DNA from: an uncultured Candidatus Saccharibacteria bacterium
Lineage (GTDB): Bacteria; Patescibacteriota; CAZHWT01
Assembly: GCA_964597145.1 (NCBI GenBank)
Contig: CAZQWH010000002.1
Coordinates: forward strand, 177,232-241,231
Length of the DNA: 64,000 nucleotides
Direction: 5' to 3'
Of this stretch, positions 9,720 through 19,307 are shown piece after piece. Position numbers and translations under genes: made by a program. Under the pieces are notes generated by a model. The model made no database searches. It saw only the letters and a program-made list of their open reading frames with translations, and was not told the origin of the DNA. Position 1 is the stretch's first letter, and every line of letters begins with the position of its first letter.

Positions 9720-11915
9720 CTAGGCAACATTACGAAACTGTTGGGGGTGTTTAGCCATTGTAGCGGCTTGGGTTTTACTAACAGGAAGAGTAAAAAGGAA
9801 GGACGCGCCTCGGCCCTCTTGGCTTTCAATCCAAATTTTACCTTTAGATAATTTAATAATTTGCAAACATAAGTACAAACCCAACCCTGTACCCGGAATA
9901 GAAGTAGACGATTCCAATCGGGAAAACTTCTGAAAGAGCTTTTCTTGATCAGTCCGACTTATCCCCGGCCCGTTATCCAAAACCCTCACAATAACTTGCG
10001 AGCCACGATGGGTGAAATCCACCTTAATCTTGCCGCCAGGTGGTGTGAATTTTAACGCATTCCCAACCAAATTAGTCAGTACTTGGTAAATTTTAGTCGG
10101 ATCACAGTCAACTAGTGGCAAAGCTCTCGTCTTCTTCAACGTCAGTTGCTGGTTTTGCTGCACAGCGCGCTCCTGTAAGTCATCCACCACGTCTTGAGCT
10201 AATCGATTAAGATTAGTCGGTTCAATTGATAGCTCTACTCTACCCGATTCAATTCGGGAAACATCCAACGTATCGTTGACCATCGTAATTAACCGCTCGG
10301 TCGAAACGTATGCCCGGCTCATATAATCTACAAACTTAGCGTCGCGTTTTTTACCATGCATCGCCATCCACAAATATCCTTTAATCGAAGTCAACGGCGT
10401 CCGCAGCTCATGAGAAGTCACCGAGATAAACTCATCCTTAAGCTCATCCAACTGGCGTAATTTCTGGTTATTTTTTGACAACTTATCATTAGCCACCTGC
10501 AAATCCTTAGTAGCTTTTTTGACTTCGTGTTCCAGCGTAACATTAAATTCACTTATCTGTTGATAGCTCCGGGCATTATCTAAGGTTACGGCCAGCTCTG
10601 GACCAAGTATTTCTAAGAGTCTCATATCTTTATCTTGATAAAGATCCCCAGATAATTTTTCACCCAACAACAGTAATCCTTGCAGCTCATCACTAGCCAA
10701 TAAAGGGACGACAATGGTGAGTTTCATTTTATGCAGTATTTGTTTAATATCCTTATCGTTCTCTTCGTCATAGACCAAGACTTTTTTAACCTGCGCAAAC
10801 CGGTAGAGTTGTTGGCTCTGCAATCCAGACCGGTCGTCAAACCCATATGTTGCGACAGGTGTAAGTTGATCACCCTTAACCACCACAAATGCACCTCTCG
10901 AGATATGCATCGTACGTAATAATTCCTGGAGGCTCTTTTGGGTTAGATCTTCTAGTTTTAATGTGCTTGCCATAAGGTGAGTTAAACGTGAAAGTAGTTG
11001 ATTAGAATCGTATTGGGCTCTGTAGAAAATTTGATCAGTGGCTTTAATCAGGATTTCTTTTAGTGGTTGAAAAGTTATAGAGACAAATATTGCCAGGCAA
11101 GCATAAATTAAGATTTGGCTAGATTGAAATTGTCCATCAAAAAATAGGGTACTAAAGGCAAAAACCACCAAAGTATAGGCAACGATCAATATAGCAACCA
11201 GCAACGAATAGGCAACCGTTCGAGCCACCACAAGCCGTATATCAAACAAACGGTGACGAACAATTGCGTAGGTGATTGAGCTAACAAGAACTAAGGCAAG
11301 TAGCGGAGTCAAACGAACTCCTTGCCAGCTAGGTACAAGTAACGGTGTGATGCCATTATTCAGTATGGCAATACCAAAGGTTATAGTGGCCCCGAATAAA
11401 ATAAAATCTATTTGCGTTCTTTCTAACGAAGTAGAAGTTTTTTTAGCCGCGATTAATTGCCACAATGCGGCTGCCAACATACCGACAAGCAGCAGCAAAT
11501 AAGGCATATACCCCACTCCCGAATTTATACTAACAATACTTGCTTCCCGGGTAAGTGAGGCAAATACAAGGCTGGATGCCGAAAAAATCGTTCCTGGTAG
11601 CCACAATGCCGCTACAGCTACCACAAAGGTTTGCTTTTGGGGATGTTTTTTGCCAAAACATGCACTAAATAGCAGTAGCCAAAATAAAATATTAAATGCC
11701 GCAGCTGGTGCAATATGAGCCGCAAGGATGACAGAGAGCGAAGTAGTCCCCGATGAATAAATTATAAAATTAGTCACGATCCAGGTGACAATTGATAAAC
11801 AAAGTAGGAGGAAATACCTGCTCATTGCGGATTTAGGATTCCGCAAATACACTAAACCACCAAGTATGGTCATTGTGATTCCCGATAATACCAGGATGAG
11901 CAGGTAGATAATCAT
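9720..11915 (-). CDS. Sensor histidine kinase: multi-TM N-terminal sensor, GAF-like domain, HisKA, HATPase_c
   Basis: H-box SHELRTPLTSIKGY; N/G boxes LDNGPGI and GTGLGLYL; about 7 N-terminal hydrophobic helices. Confidence 0.9.
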   Translation of the reverse strand: MIIYLLILVLSGITMTILGGLVYLRNPKSAMSRYFLLLCLSIVTWIVTNFIIYSSGTTSLSVILAAHIAPAAAFNILFWLLLFSACFGKKHPQKQTFVVAVAALWLPGTIFSASSLVFASLTREASIVSINSGVGYMPYLLLLVGMLAAALWQLIAAKKTSTSLERTQIDFILFGATITFGIAILNNGITPLLVPSWQGVRLTPLLALVLVSSITYAIVRHRLFDIRLVVARTVAYSLLVAILIVAYTLVVFAFSTLFFDGQFQSSQILIYACLAIFVSITFQPLKEILIKATDQIFYRAQYDSNQLLSRLTHLMASTLKLEDLTQKSLQELLRTMHISRGAFVVVKGDQLTPVATYGFDDRSGLQSQQLYRFAQVKKVLVYDEENDKDIKQILHKMKLTIVVPLLASDELQGLLLLGEKLSGDLYQDKDMRLLEILGPELAVTLDNARSYQQISEFNVTLEHEVKKATKDLQVANDKLSKNNQKLRQLDELKDEFISVTSHELRTPLTSIKGYLWMAMHGKKRDAKFVDYMSRAYVSTERLITMVNDTLDVSRIESGRVELSIEPTNLNRLAQDVVDDLQERAVQQNQQLTLKKTRALPLVDCDPTKIYQVLTNLVGNALKFTPPGGKIKVDFTHRGSQVIVRVLDNGPGISRTDQEKLFQKFSRLESSTSIPGTGLGLYLCLQIIKLSKGKIWIESQEGRGASFLFTLPVSKTQAATMAKHPQQFRNVA

Positions 11916-12748
11916 TGTGTTGTTGTATTTGGAAAGTTGAAGACCTCATCGAGCATCAACCCTCCAAGCCCCTTGCCGTAACGAAACATGTCGGCAACAG
12001 GTGAACTGTCCAGTTTCTCTTGAAGCGTGCGAATGTCCAGAATGAACGGCACACTTCTTCCGTGCAGGTAATATTTCACGGGACCGATCGGTTCAATCCC
12101 TGGCACCATCCCGCAAAGTTTTTTGTACGTACCCTCTTCCATTATCCCGATGAGCCAACCAACCTTGTGAGCAAACACAAGATCATAGAGCGTCTTTAAT
12201 AAAGCGCCCCACACTTGCATCCCTGCTGCAAGGCCTTGGAGGATCGATTGATCTACAACAAGTGTATCAATCGACCACGTTCTCGTCCAATCCGGACAAT
12301 ACCTCTCCTCCATCGCTTCAAACGCAGACTCGCCCCATCCTTTCCGAAAGTAAAATGACGACCTTAAGTGCTCACACGTATCACCCTGGGTCCATCTCAG
12401 GGTCGCGACGGGTTGGTACCCCGCTGTAAATCTAGCGACGCGACTAAAAGCGGTTACCGACCGGGCCCGAGAAGTGAAAGGTCTCCAGGACTCTGCCCGA
12501 TCCTCATGAGAGACATGATGGACATCTTCCATCACCCATCCGTCAACAGCCTCTGCAAGTTGAGCCAATAAACCTTGTCCAGGGAGAATCCATAGATCAT
12601 AGGGCTTGGTATTGCATGGCCGCACTTTGTAGAGGATATCGCTCAACTGCACTGCCTGTTCACGAGACAGCCAGTACCCTTCCGCAATTCCGGCGGCTAC
12701 CATTCTGGCCTCCTTATACGAAGGTGATTCAATCAGCATTCTGCTCAA
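11912..12748 (-). CDS. Hypothetical Trp-rich protein (about 11 Trp in 278 aa); its stop overlaps the histidine-kinase start (ATGA)
   Basis: Long ORF; a sampled 60-bp stretch is about 57% GC against about 50% locally. No recognisable motif. Confidence 0.55.
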   Translation of the reverse strand: MSRMLIESPSYKEARMVAAGIAEGYWLSREQAVQLSDILYKVRPCNTKPYDLWILPGQGLLAQLAEAVDGWVMEDVHHVSHEDRAESWRPFTSRARSVTAFSRVARFTAGYQPVATLRWTQGDTCEHLRSSFYFRKGWGESAFEAMEERYCPDWTRTWSIDTLVVDQSILQGLAAGMQVWGALLKTLYDLVFAHKVGWLIGIMEEGTYKKLCGMVPGIEPIGPVKYYLHGRSVPFILDIRTLQEKLDSSPVADMFRYGKGLGGLMLDEVFNFPNTTTQ

Positions 12749-12928
12749 TGCAATAAATGAGTGGATGATGAGAGCAGAACAACCTTCTCTCTTGTAGGTT
12801 GCTTGTCCGTCCAGCGTGGACGTATATTACCATAATCTTGCACCAGGCTCCACTATTTTCTGACATGGAAGCATAAACAAACCAAATTGGATATAAAAAC
12901 CGTTGCAAAGTTGGAAGCCTAAGCTATC

Positions 12929-13279
12929 TTACCGTCTTCCAGATTCAAGCAACTCTTCACATTCAACATCGTAAATGGCCCATGGCATAACTTTGAGGCG
13001 GGCCTCAGCAATGGCTTTACCACAACGCTCACATTTGCCATACGATCCGTTATCTAGCTTAGCCAGGGCTTTTTGCACTCGGTTAAGCTGATTACGGTTA
13101 GCTTCAATCAAGGCTTGGATTCGGCTATGGTCTTCCGATTCTCCTGCATCGTCGTCTTCGGTATTGTTCATATCCCGAAACCCAGACTGGCTTGGGTCTT
13201 GCGCTTTTAATTCTTCAATATCGGCTTGTATTCGCTTAACTTCTTTTTCTAATTCTTTAGCCACAGACTGTGTAGACAT
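12929..13279 (-). CDS. DksA/TraR-family C4 zinc-finger transcription factor
   Basis: C-terminal CERCGKAIAEARLKVMPWAIYDVEC (CxxC-x17-C) preceded by a coiled-coil region. Confidence 0.8.
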   Translation of the reverse strand: MSTQSVAKELEKEVKRIQADIEELKAQDPSQSGFRDMNNTEDDDAGESEDHSRIQALIEANRNQLNRVQKALAKLDNGSYGKCERCGKAIAEARLKVMPWAIYDVECEELLESGRR

Positions 13280-13330
13280 GAAAACTTGCCCCCTTATGTA
13301 GTTTAAAAGCTACCCTATTGGATAGCTAAA

Positions 13331-14092
13331 TCATTTATCAGGTTCCGAATTTGTAGGTTTTTTACTAAACGCCCGAGTAAATGTTTCGTAAAAATTTTGC
13401 GAAACCCCCCGCGGAATATCTTGTAATATCGCCTGTTCAGACCGAGCCGAGATCCGCAATACCACTAGGGTAACACCTAAGACAATCCCTACAACATCTG
13501 CGATCCATTCTACACTACCACTCTGGCCTTGCCAAGCTGGAACCATGTAATACAACACCAGCAATACACCAAAAAACCCAGCCGACTGCACACCCGCCAC
13601 AATTCCCGAACGCTGAGTTTTACCATACAGCCACACTAAGCCAATGGTTAAAAGGAGTGCTCCCACCAACGCTATCACCATAGCCCAATCAAACTGCTCA
13701 ATCGTCCATCCAAGCAGTAGCGCGCTTTGAACAATCGCCAAGGCAATAAAGAGTATGTCCATCAACCGCCAATACGGATAACGAATTGAACGAATATAGC
13801 GGGTAGCCACCAACCAAATCCCAATATAGCCAACCAAGGCAACCATAGGTTTTGGATGCACCCAAAGCTGGTCTAGGCTTAAACGGCTTTCCCAAATTCG
13901 ATTGACAATTGATTGAACAATCCAACCGCCAAACCACCCTGCGGCCAATGACAATGCCAGTAGATTAAATAGTTTATCGACTCCCAGATAGTGCTGTCTG
14001 GCAAAGGTCCACACCGCATAAAATGCAGCCACTATCCCGCCAAATGCGGTGTATAAGATAGGATTAGTAATAAGAGCAATCAGCTGATTCAT
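13331..14092 (-). CDS. Integral membrane protein (6-7 TM), function unknown
   Basis: Hydrophobicity pattern only. The Lgt signature was checked and not found. Confidence 0.5.
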   Translation of the reverse strand: MNQLIALITNPILYTAFGGIVAAFYAVWTFARQHYLGVDKLFNLLALSLAAGWFGGWIVQSIVNRIWESRLSLDQLWVHPKPMVALVGYIGIWLVATRYIRSIRYPYWRLMDILFIALAIVQSALLLGWTIEQFDWAMVIALVGALLLTIGLVWLYGKTQRSGIVAGVQSAGFFGVLLVLYYMVPAWQGQSGSVEWIADVVGIVLGVTLVVLRISARSEQAILQDIPRGVSQNFYETFTRAFSKKPTNSEPDK

Positions 14093-14117
14093 AAAAGGGC
14101 AGATTTTCTCACGTTAA

Positions 14118-15392
14118 TTACAAAACGAGAAGTTGGCTCAATTTTGCTTGATCGGGTTTAGGGCTAATAATCGCTAAATTAAGCTTTGACTGGTCAAAAA
14201 TTTCTTGGGCTACAGACTGCACCTCTTCCGAGCTAACCGCATCAATTTTTTCTAAATAGTACTCAGCAGGCATTGCCCGTCCTTGCAGCAATTGCTGCTT
14301 AACCAAATACATGCTCAAACCTAACGGATCCTCCAGCGATAGTGAAAGCTTGCCGCGCAAATAACTCTTAGCCCGCTGCAATTCTTCTTCCGGCATTAAT
14401 TCATCCCGAACTTGAGCAAACTGGTCTAAGATAACTCGGATAGTCTCCTCTACTCGGCTATGGTCTAAGCCAACCTGGCAATTAAAAGTCCCGGTGTCCA
14501 GATAATGGTCAATCCCGGTATGCACGGCATACGCTAATCCACGGCGCTCACGGACTTGAGTAAATAACCGTGACGACATATTCCCTCCCAGCACCACGTT
14601 CAACAAAGCCAAGGCGTAACGACGAGGGTCCTTTAGACTAAAGGCTCGCACTCCCAGCACCAGATGAGTCTGATCGGTGTCTTTCGCCGCCGAAATAATT
14701 CCGGGGTGATCCTGTTTAACCAAAACCGGCGTAAATTCTTTAAGCGTTTGCGTTGATTGGCTAAAAAATGACTTCTGGACAAGTTGGTGGACTTTGTCAG
14801 AGTCAAACCCACCAACCACTCCCACTACCATATTATTTGGTACATACCATTGGCCCAGGTAGTCTACAAGATGCTGGCGATTAATGTTAGCTAAACTTTG
14901 CTTCGTGCCAATCACATCCCGACCTAGCGCATGCTCAGGGTATAACAGATGGTCATAAATTTCTCCAACTCGGTCACGTGGCGAATCGAGGTACATATTC
15001 ATTTCCTCTAAAATTACCCCTCGCTCCCTCTCTATCTCCTCAGCTTCGAACTTAGATTGAAACAGCATATCAGCCAGCAAATCGATGGCCAGCTCAACAT
15101 CTTTAGCCGCAGTCTTAATATAAAATCCGGTAAATTCTTTGCTAGTAAAAGCATTAAATTCACCACCCACCCCATCAACGGTTGCCGCAATATCAAGCGT
15201 GGTGGGACGTTTAGCCGTCCCTTTAAACACCATATGTTCCAAAAAATGGGAAATTCCACTTAAGTGTGATGGTTCATAGCGAGATCCAGTACCCACCATC
15301 ACCACCACAGCCACCGACGGCGACTGCTTTAGCGGCTGAAGAATCAATCGCTGTTTTAACTCTGGAGAAAACTGGCGGCTATTTTTTGGCAC
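14118..15392 (-). CDS. M16-family (pitrilysin-like) zinc peptidase
   Basis: Inverted zinc motif HFLEHMVFKGT (HxxEH). Confidence 0.85.
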   Translation of the reverse strand: MPKNSRQFSPELKQRLILQPLKQSPSVAVVVMVGTGSRYEPSHLSGISHFLEHMVFKGTAKRPTTLDIAATVDGVGGEFNAFTSKEFTGFYIKTAAKDVELAIDLLADMLFQSKFEAEEIERERGVILEEMNMYLDSPRDRVGEIYDHLLYPEHALGRDVIGTKQSLANINRQHLVDYLGQWYVPNNMVVGVVGGFDSDKVHQLVQKSFFSQSTQTLKEFTPVLVKQDHPGIISAAKDTDQTHLVLGVRAFSLKDPRRYALALLNVVLGGNMSSRLFTQVRERRGLAYAVHTGIDHYLDTGTFNCQVGLDHSRVEETIRVILDQFAQVRDELMPEEELQRAKSYLRGKLSLSLEDPLGLSMYLVKQQLLQGRAMPAEYYLEKIDAVSSEEVQSVAQEIFDQSKLNLAIISPKPDQAKLSQLLVL

Positions 15393-16254
15393 GACGACTT
15401 GCCCGTCCCTTCGTCGATCGTTTTTTACTGGAAGATTTAGCCGAACTCGGCGTTTTTACGGTTTCAGCTTTGTCTAAAGTAGCTGCATTATTATCTGCTG
15501 TCTCCGCCAACGGTGTTTCATCAGCAGTTGTGCCCGATTCCAAATTCGTCGAGACTGGCCGGGATGACCCAAAAGTCTGCTTAAGCAAACTTAATGCGGA
15601 CTGACCGGCACTGGCTAAACGAACCTTATGCTGCGTACCCAGCCCAACCGACGTTGAAAAGGCGGCCCTTTGCGCTTGTTCTAAGCGTGCCTGCTCTAGA
15701 GGGCTAGCTTTAATCTGAGCTGCTTCTTGTTCATTCTTTAACTCTTGAATCGTGGTTGGCTCAAGAGCGGTTACTGGCTTGACCATGGTTTGAGTGGTAG
15801 GTTTAGCTCCCACTTGTCCACAGTACGGACAGTAGCTCCACTCCATATCAACCAGTTTTTGACAATTAGTGCATTGCTTTTTGAGCACTGTGCCGCAATA
15901 GGGGCAATTCACAAAATCTTCTTGGGTCATATGCTCGCACATTGGGCAGATTGTGGAGGCAGCCGCGCGCAATAGCATTTCGTGCTCCATCATTTCACCA
16001 TAACTCTCCTTCATAGTTTGTTTTGGTCGGATAACCAAATAAAGCATCACTCCAACAGGACCCAAAATCGCAGTCATGGCCACCGCGGCGGCCACAATAA
16101 TTTTATCGCTCGTCCGCGTTAAAACATCCTGGCTTACCCACCAGACTAACCCTACCCAAAAGACAATAAAGCTGAGACCAATAAATAAGGCGGCGATTTT
16201 AAGAATAGTAAACAGGAGTTCGGTATCTATCATAATGTTATTTAACCCGCTCAA
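15379..16254 (-). CDS. Membrane protein with a double zinc-ribbon domain and a Ser/Lys-rich C-terminal tail
   Basis: Two TM helices; CPMCEH...CPYCG...CTNCQ...CPYCG. Confidence 0.6.
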   Translation of the reverse strand: MSGLNNIMIDTELLFTILKIAALFIGLSFIVFWVGLVWWVSQDVLTRTSDKIIVAAAVAMTAILGPVGVMLYLVIRPKQTMKESYGEMMEHEMLLRAAASTICPMCEHMTQEDFVNCPYCGTVLKKQCTNCQKLVDMEWSYCPYCGQVGAKPTTQTMVKPVTALEPTTIQELKNEQEAAQIKASPLEQARLEQAQRAAFSTSVGLGTQHKVRLASAGQSALSLLKQTFGSSRPVSTNLESGTTADETPLAETADNNAATLDKAETVKTPSSAKSSSKKRSTKGRASRRAKK

Positions 16255-16801
16255 TATAACTGCTATTAGCGGTGTTTATTTTAAGCACATCATTTACCTC
16301 TATAAACATTGGAGCTTGCACTACTAAACCGGTTTCCAGAGTTACTGGTTTGGTCACCGACCCAGTACTGTTCCCTTTCTCATTGGGCGGCGCTTGCTTT
16401 ACTTTTAATTCTACCGTCATTGGCAGGTCAATATCAATTGGCTCATCAGTGTCATCAATAACCACTAATGGTATGACTTGCCCAGACTTAATAAATTGCC
16501 GCTTGTCACCGAGCACTTCAAGCGATACTGATAATCGAGGGTTATTTTTAGACTTAAAGTAAGCTGCCTTATTATCGGCATAAATAAATTCAACATTTTC
16601 ACGATACAGCTCTACATCATCAACAGTTGCCCCGTTATTAAACGAAATTTCCCGCGAAGATCCAGTCTTCAAATTACGGGCTTTAATTTTAATCACAGCC
16701 CCACCTCGCCCCATCTTAATATGTTCATAAGACAAGGTTTGATATAGTTCGTTTTGGTAGTTAAATACACTACCATTACGTAGTTCAGTAACGCTGGCCA
16801 T
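16238..16801 (-). CDS. efp: Elongation factor P
   Basis: Full-length similarity to EF-P (KMGRGGAVIKIKARNLKTG ... VVQAPMFIEVNDVLKINTANSSYIERVK). Confidence 0.9.
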   Translation of the reverse strand: MASVTELRNGSVFNYQNELYQTLSYEHIKMGRGGAVIKIKARNLKTGSSREISFNNGATVDDVELYRENVEFIYADNKAAYFKSKNNPRLSVSLEVLGDKRQFIKSGQVIPLVVIDDTDEPIDIDLPMTVELKVKQAPPNEKGNSTGSVTKPVTLETGLVVQAPMFIEVNDVLKINTANSSYIERVK

Positions 16802-16950
16802 AGGTAGAAATCCTTTCAGGATTTTAGTCGTAAGTAGTTAGTCGTATGAGGTTAGTGAGGATTGAATAAGTGATTCGCCTGCCACACCAGACATAATGCT
16901 AAATACTTGCCACTAAATACTAGATACTAAATGCAACTATGTGTTGCATT

Positions 16951-16966
16951 TTGGTGCCGGAGAGAG
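16951..16966. repeat. 16-bp direct duplicate of the tRNA-Leu 3' end (ttggtgccggagagag), 162 bp from the tRNA copy; next to a hairpin plus T-run (cccgacttcgtcgggattttt) and the 9-bp palindrome ttataccaa/ttggtataa
   Basis: Exact match to 17113-17128 read from the sequence. Confidence 0.7.
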
Positions 16967-17113
16967 TAACCCGACTTCGTCGGGATTTTTAGTTCATGTT
17001 ATACCAATCGTTGTTGGTATAACACTCTCCTAAAAAGTGAACCTGTGGAGATTCTCACCTCTCGTCGACAGATACCAAGGCAATGCCTGCCACATACGTG
17101 CCAAACATTACCT

Positions 17114-17200
17114 TGGTGCCGGAGAGAGGACTTGAACCTCCACGCCTTTAAGGGGCAACGGATTTTGAGTCCGTCGTGTCTACCATTCCACCACTCCGGC
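17114..17200 (-). tRNA. tRNA-Leu (anticodon CAA), type II with long variable arm, CCA encoded
   Basis: Reverse complement reads GCCGGAGTGGTGGAATGGTAGACACGACGGACTCAAAATCCGTTGCCCCTTAAAGGCGTGGAGGTTCAAGTCCTCTCTCCGGCACCA: 7-bp acceptor stem, T-loop GGTTCAAGTCC, anticodon loop CTCAAAA. 87 nt. Confidence 0.85.
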
Positions 17201-17221
17201 ATACGCAAGCTTCGCTTGCAG

Positions 17222-17249
17222 TAGTTGGTAGTTAGTAGTTCGTAGTTAG
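17222..17249. repeat. Four tandem heptamers GTAGTTN (gtagttg gtagtta gtagttc gtagtta) just upstream of the tRNA-Leu 5' end
   Basis: Seen directly in the sequence; possibly promoter-proximal or a protein-binding array. Confidence 0.6.
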
Positions 17250-17402
17250 AAAATTTTCATTTCCAACAACCATAAACTATAAACCATTGACTAGCAGATC
17301 TATCCGCCAAGTCCGGCTCATTATATCTGTTGAAGGGTGTTTTGACAATACAAAATAGATCGTTGACCCAGGCTAAAACAACCCAGGTCAACGCTGCAGA
17401 AT

Positions 17403-17705
17403 CTACCACCAATCAATGGCGATGATCCGATGCAAAAGCTCTCGCGATATTCGCTGAACCTCTCGAAGTGAGTACTTACCTTCTAATCCGGGAAGTTCAG
17501 CAATCTGCTTATTCAGCTCATCGAGTGCTGCTCTCAGTGTCTTATCACCGGTATTAACTGCATCTTGGCATGTTATCACCAAGTTTTTAAGCTGATCACC
17601 TTGACCAGTCAGCGCCAGCTTGTAGAGTAGCTGTGTGGCTAGCTGCGCCTCGTCCTGCGGGAAATGTTCCATCGCAATTCGACTCACTGGTGGCGTACCC
17701 TCCAT
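17403..17705 (-). CDS. Hypothetical small protein (100 aa)
   Basis: ORF only. Confidence 0.4.
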   Translation of the reverse strand: MEGTPPVSRIAMEHFPQDEAQLATQLLYKLALTGQGDQLKNLVITCQDAVNTGDKTLRAALDELNKQIAELPGLEGKYSLREVQRISRELLHRIIAIDWW

Positions 17706-17801
17706 GGTATCTCCTTCTCACTTTACTGGCCATACATGGCCTCGACCATACCCCAATCACAGTGTTGAGGTTGGGGTATTATACCACTTAACTAGTAAAT
17801 T

Positions 17802-19256
17802 TTAAGAATTAGTGGATTGCGCACCATCGGTACGCTTCTTTTCGGTGCCATAGTAACGAGTTTGGGCGCCTTTAAAGATTAGGTCAATTTCGCCAATAGC
17901 CCCGTTACGATGCTTGGCAATAGAAAGTTTAACCGGCATAGTATCAGATGCGCCTCGGGCAGCCAGGCTATTATCTTCGCGCCACAAGAACATCACTACA
18001 TCAGCATCTTGCTCAATCGAGCCAGAATCCCGCAAATCAGAAAGCTGCGGTGGCGCCGCTTTTTCTTGAGTTCCACGCTGTTCCACATTTCGAGACAGCT
18101 GAGACAGCGCAATTACCGGACAGCGTAACTCTCGGGCAATATTCTTTAACCCCTGCGATACCTCAGAAATCTCTTGGACTCGGTTCTCCAAATTTCGCGA
18201 TTTGGCCAACTGTAGATAGTCAACCACCAATAAACGGCAGCCATGTTCCATTTGCAGCCGCCGCGCCTTAGTCCGCATTTCCATAATACTCATAGCTGGC
18301 GTGTCATCAATAAATAAAGGGGCTTCGGCCAATACCCCCATCGCATCGGTTAGCCTTTCCCAATCCTTATCGTTTAAGTTTCCGGTAGTTATTTTCCACG
18401 AGTCTATATTACTTTGGCTAGCCAATAAACGATCAACCAGCTCTTCTTTAGATGACTCTAAAGACAGAAAGCCCACCGGTAAATGCGGTCCACGCTCATC
18501 TGCGGCCACATACTGGCAAATATTCAGAGCCAAAGAAGTTTTACCTACCGAAGGACGGGCAGCCAAAATAACTAGATTACTATCTTGCAATCCAGCCAAT
18601 TTAGTATCAATATCACGAAACCCCGTTGGGATACCCCGAATTTTCCCTTTATTCTTATGCAATTCTTCAAGGCGATCAAAATTTTCGGCTAACGTATGCT
18701 GAATTGAAGAAAAATTCTTCTTTAGATTTCCTTGGGTAATATTAAATATTTCCCGCTCGGCGTTATTTAAAATTTCACCCACCGCCATCGACTGGTCAAA
18801 CGACATATCCGAAACCGCCGCCGAAGTTGCAATCAGACTACGTCGAATATAGTTTTCGCGGATAATACCCGCGTAATGCTCAACATTAGCCGCGGTTGGC
18901 ACCGCGTTAATCAAGTCGGCAATATAGCCCGATCCGCCAATTTTTTCGAGCTGGCTGGCACCTTCTAATAAGTTGGAAAGCGTAACCAGGTCAGCCGGTG
19001 TACTTTCTTGAAATAGTTGAACAATACCCCGATAAATAACCCCATGCCGACCGTCATAAAATTGCTCTGGTGTAAGCGTATCAGAAACCTTAATAATCGC
19101 GTCTTTATCGAGCAGTAACGAGCCTAATAACGCCCGCTCAGAGTCAAGATTGCGCGGTGGAACCCGAGCACCATCTTTCAACAGTTCATTAAGGTTAATG
19201 TCCATTTCCGATCGGGTAGTCTTAGAGTTTTTGTTAGCTTTGCTACTTACTGCCAT
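17802..19256 (-). CDS. dnaB: Replicative DNA helicase DnaB
   Basis: N-terminal DnaB domain; Walker A ARPSVGKTSLALNI; RecA-like C-terminal domain (VVDYLQL). Confidence 0.9.
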   Translation of the reverse strand: MAVSSKANKNSKTTRSEMDINLNELLKDGARVPPRNLDSERALLGSLLLDKDAIIKVSDTLTPEQFYDGRHGVIYRGIVQLFQESTPADLVTLSNLLEGASQLEKIGGSGYIADLINAVPTAANVEHYAGIIRENYIRRSLIATSAAVSDMSFDQSMAVGEILNNAEREIFNITQGNLKKNFSSIQHTLAENFDRLEELHKNKGKIRGIPTGFRDIDTKLAGLQDSNLVILAARPSVGKTSLALNICQYVAADERGPHLPVGFLSLESSKEELVDRLLASQSNIDSWKITTGNLNDKDWERLTDAMGVLAEAPLFIDDTPAMSIMEMRTKARRLQMEHGCRLLVVDYLQLAKSRNLENRVQEISEVSQGLKNIARELRCPVIALSQLSRNVEQRGTQEKAAPPQLSDLRDSGSIEQDADVVMFLWREDNSLAARGASDTMPVKLSIAKHRNGAIGEIDLIFKGAQTRYYGTEKKRTDGAQSTNS

Positions 19257-19307
19257 GTCGTTACGTATCTATCTAATAGGTATTTTCACAAGGTTATAGC
19301 TGAAAAA

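Noticed and set aside
13698-13937. 79-aa ORF nested in the same orientation inside the 13331..14092 membrane-protein gene
   Set aside because: It is an alternative frame of a longer hydrophobic CDS, and its translation is Cys/Trp-rich noise.
13331-14092. Membrane protein considered as prolipoprotein diacylglyceryl transferase (Lgt)
   Set aside because: The Lgt signature (GRxxNFxNxE) and other conserved motifs are absent. Left as generic membrane protein.
16999-17208. 69-aa ORF overlapping the tRNA-Leu gene
   Set aside because: It covers the tRNA sequence on the same strand. The tRNA assignment (cloverleaf, CCA, T-loop) is far stronger.
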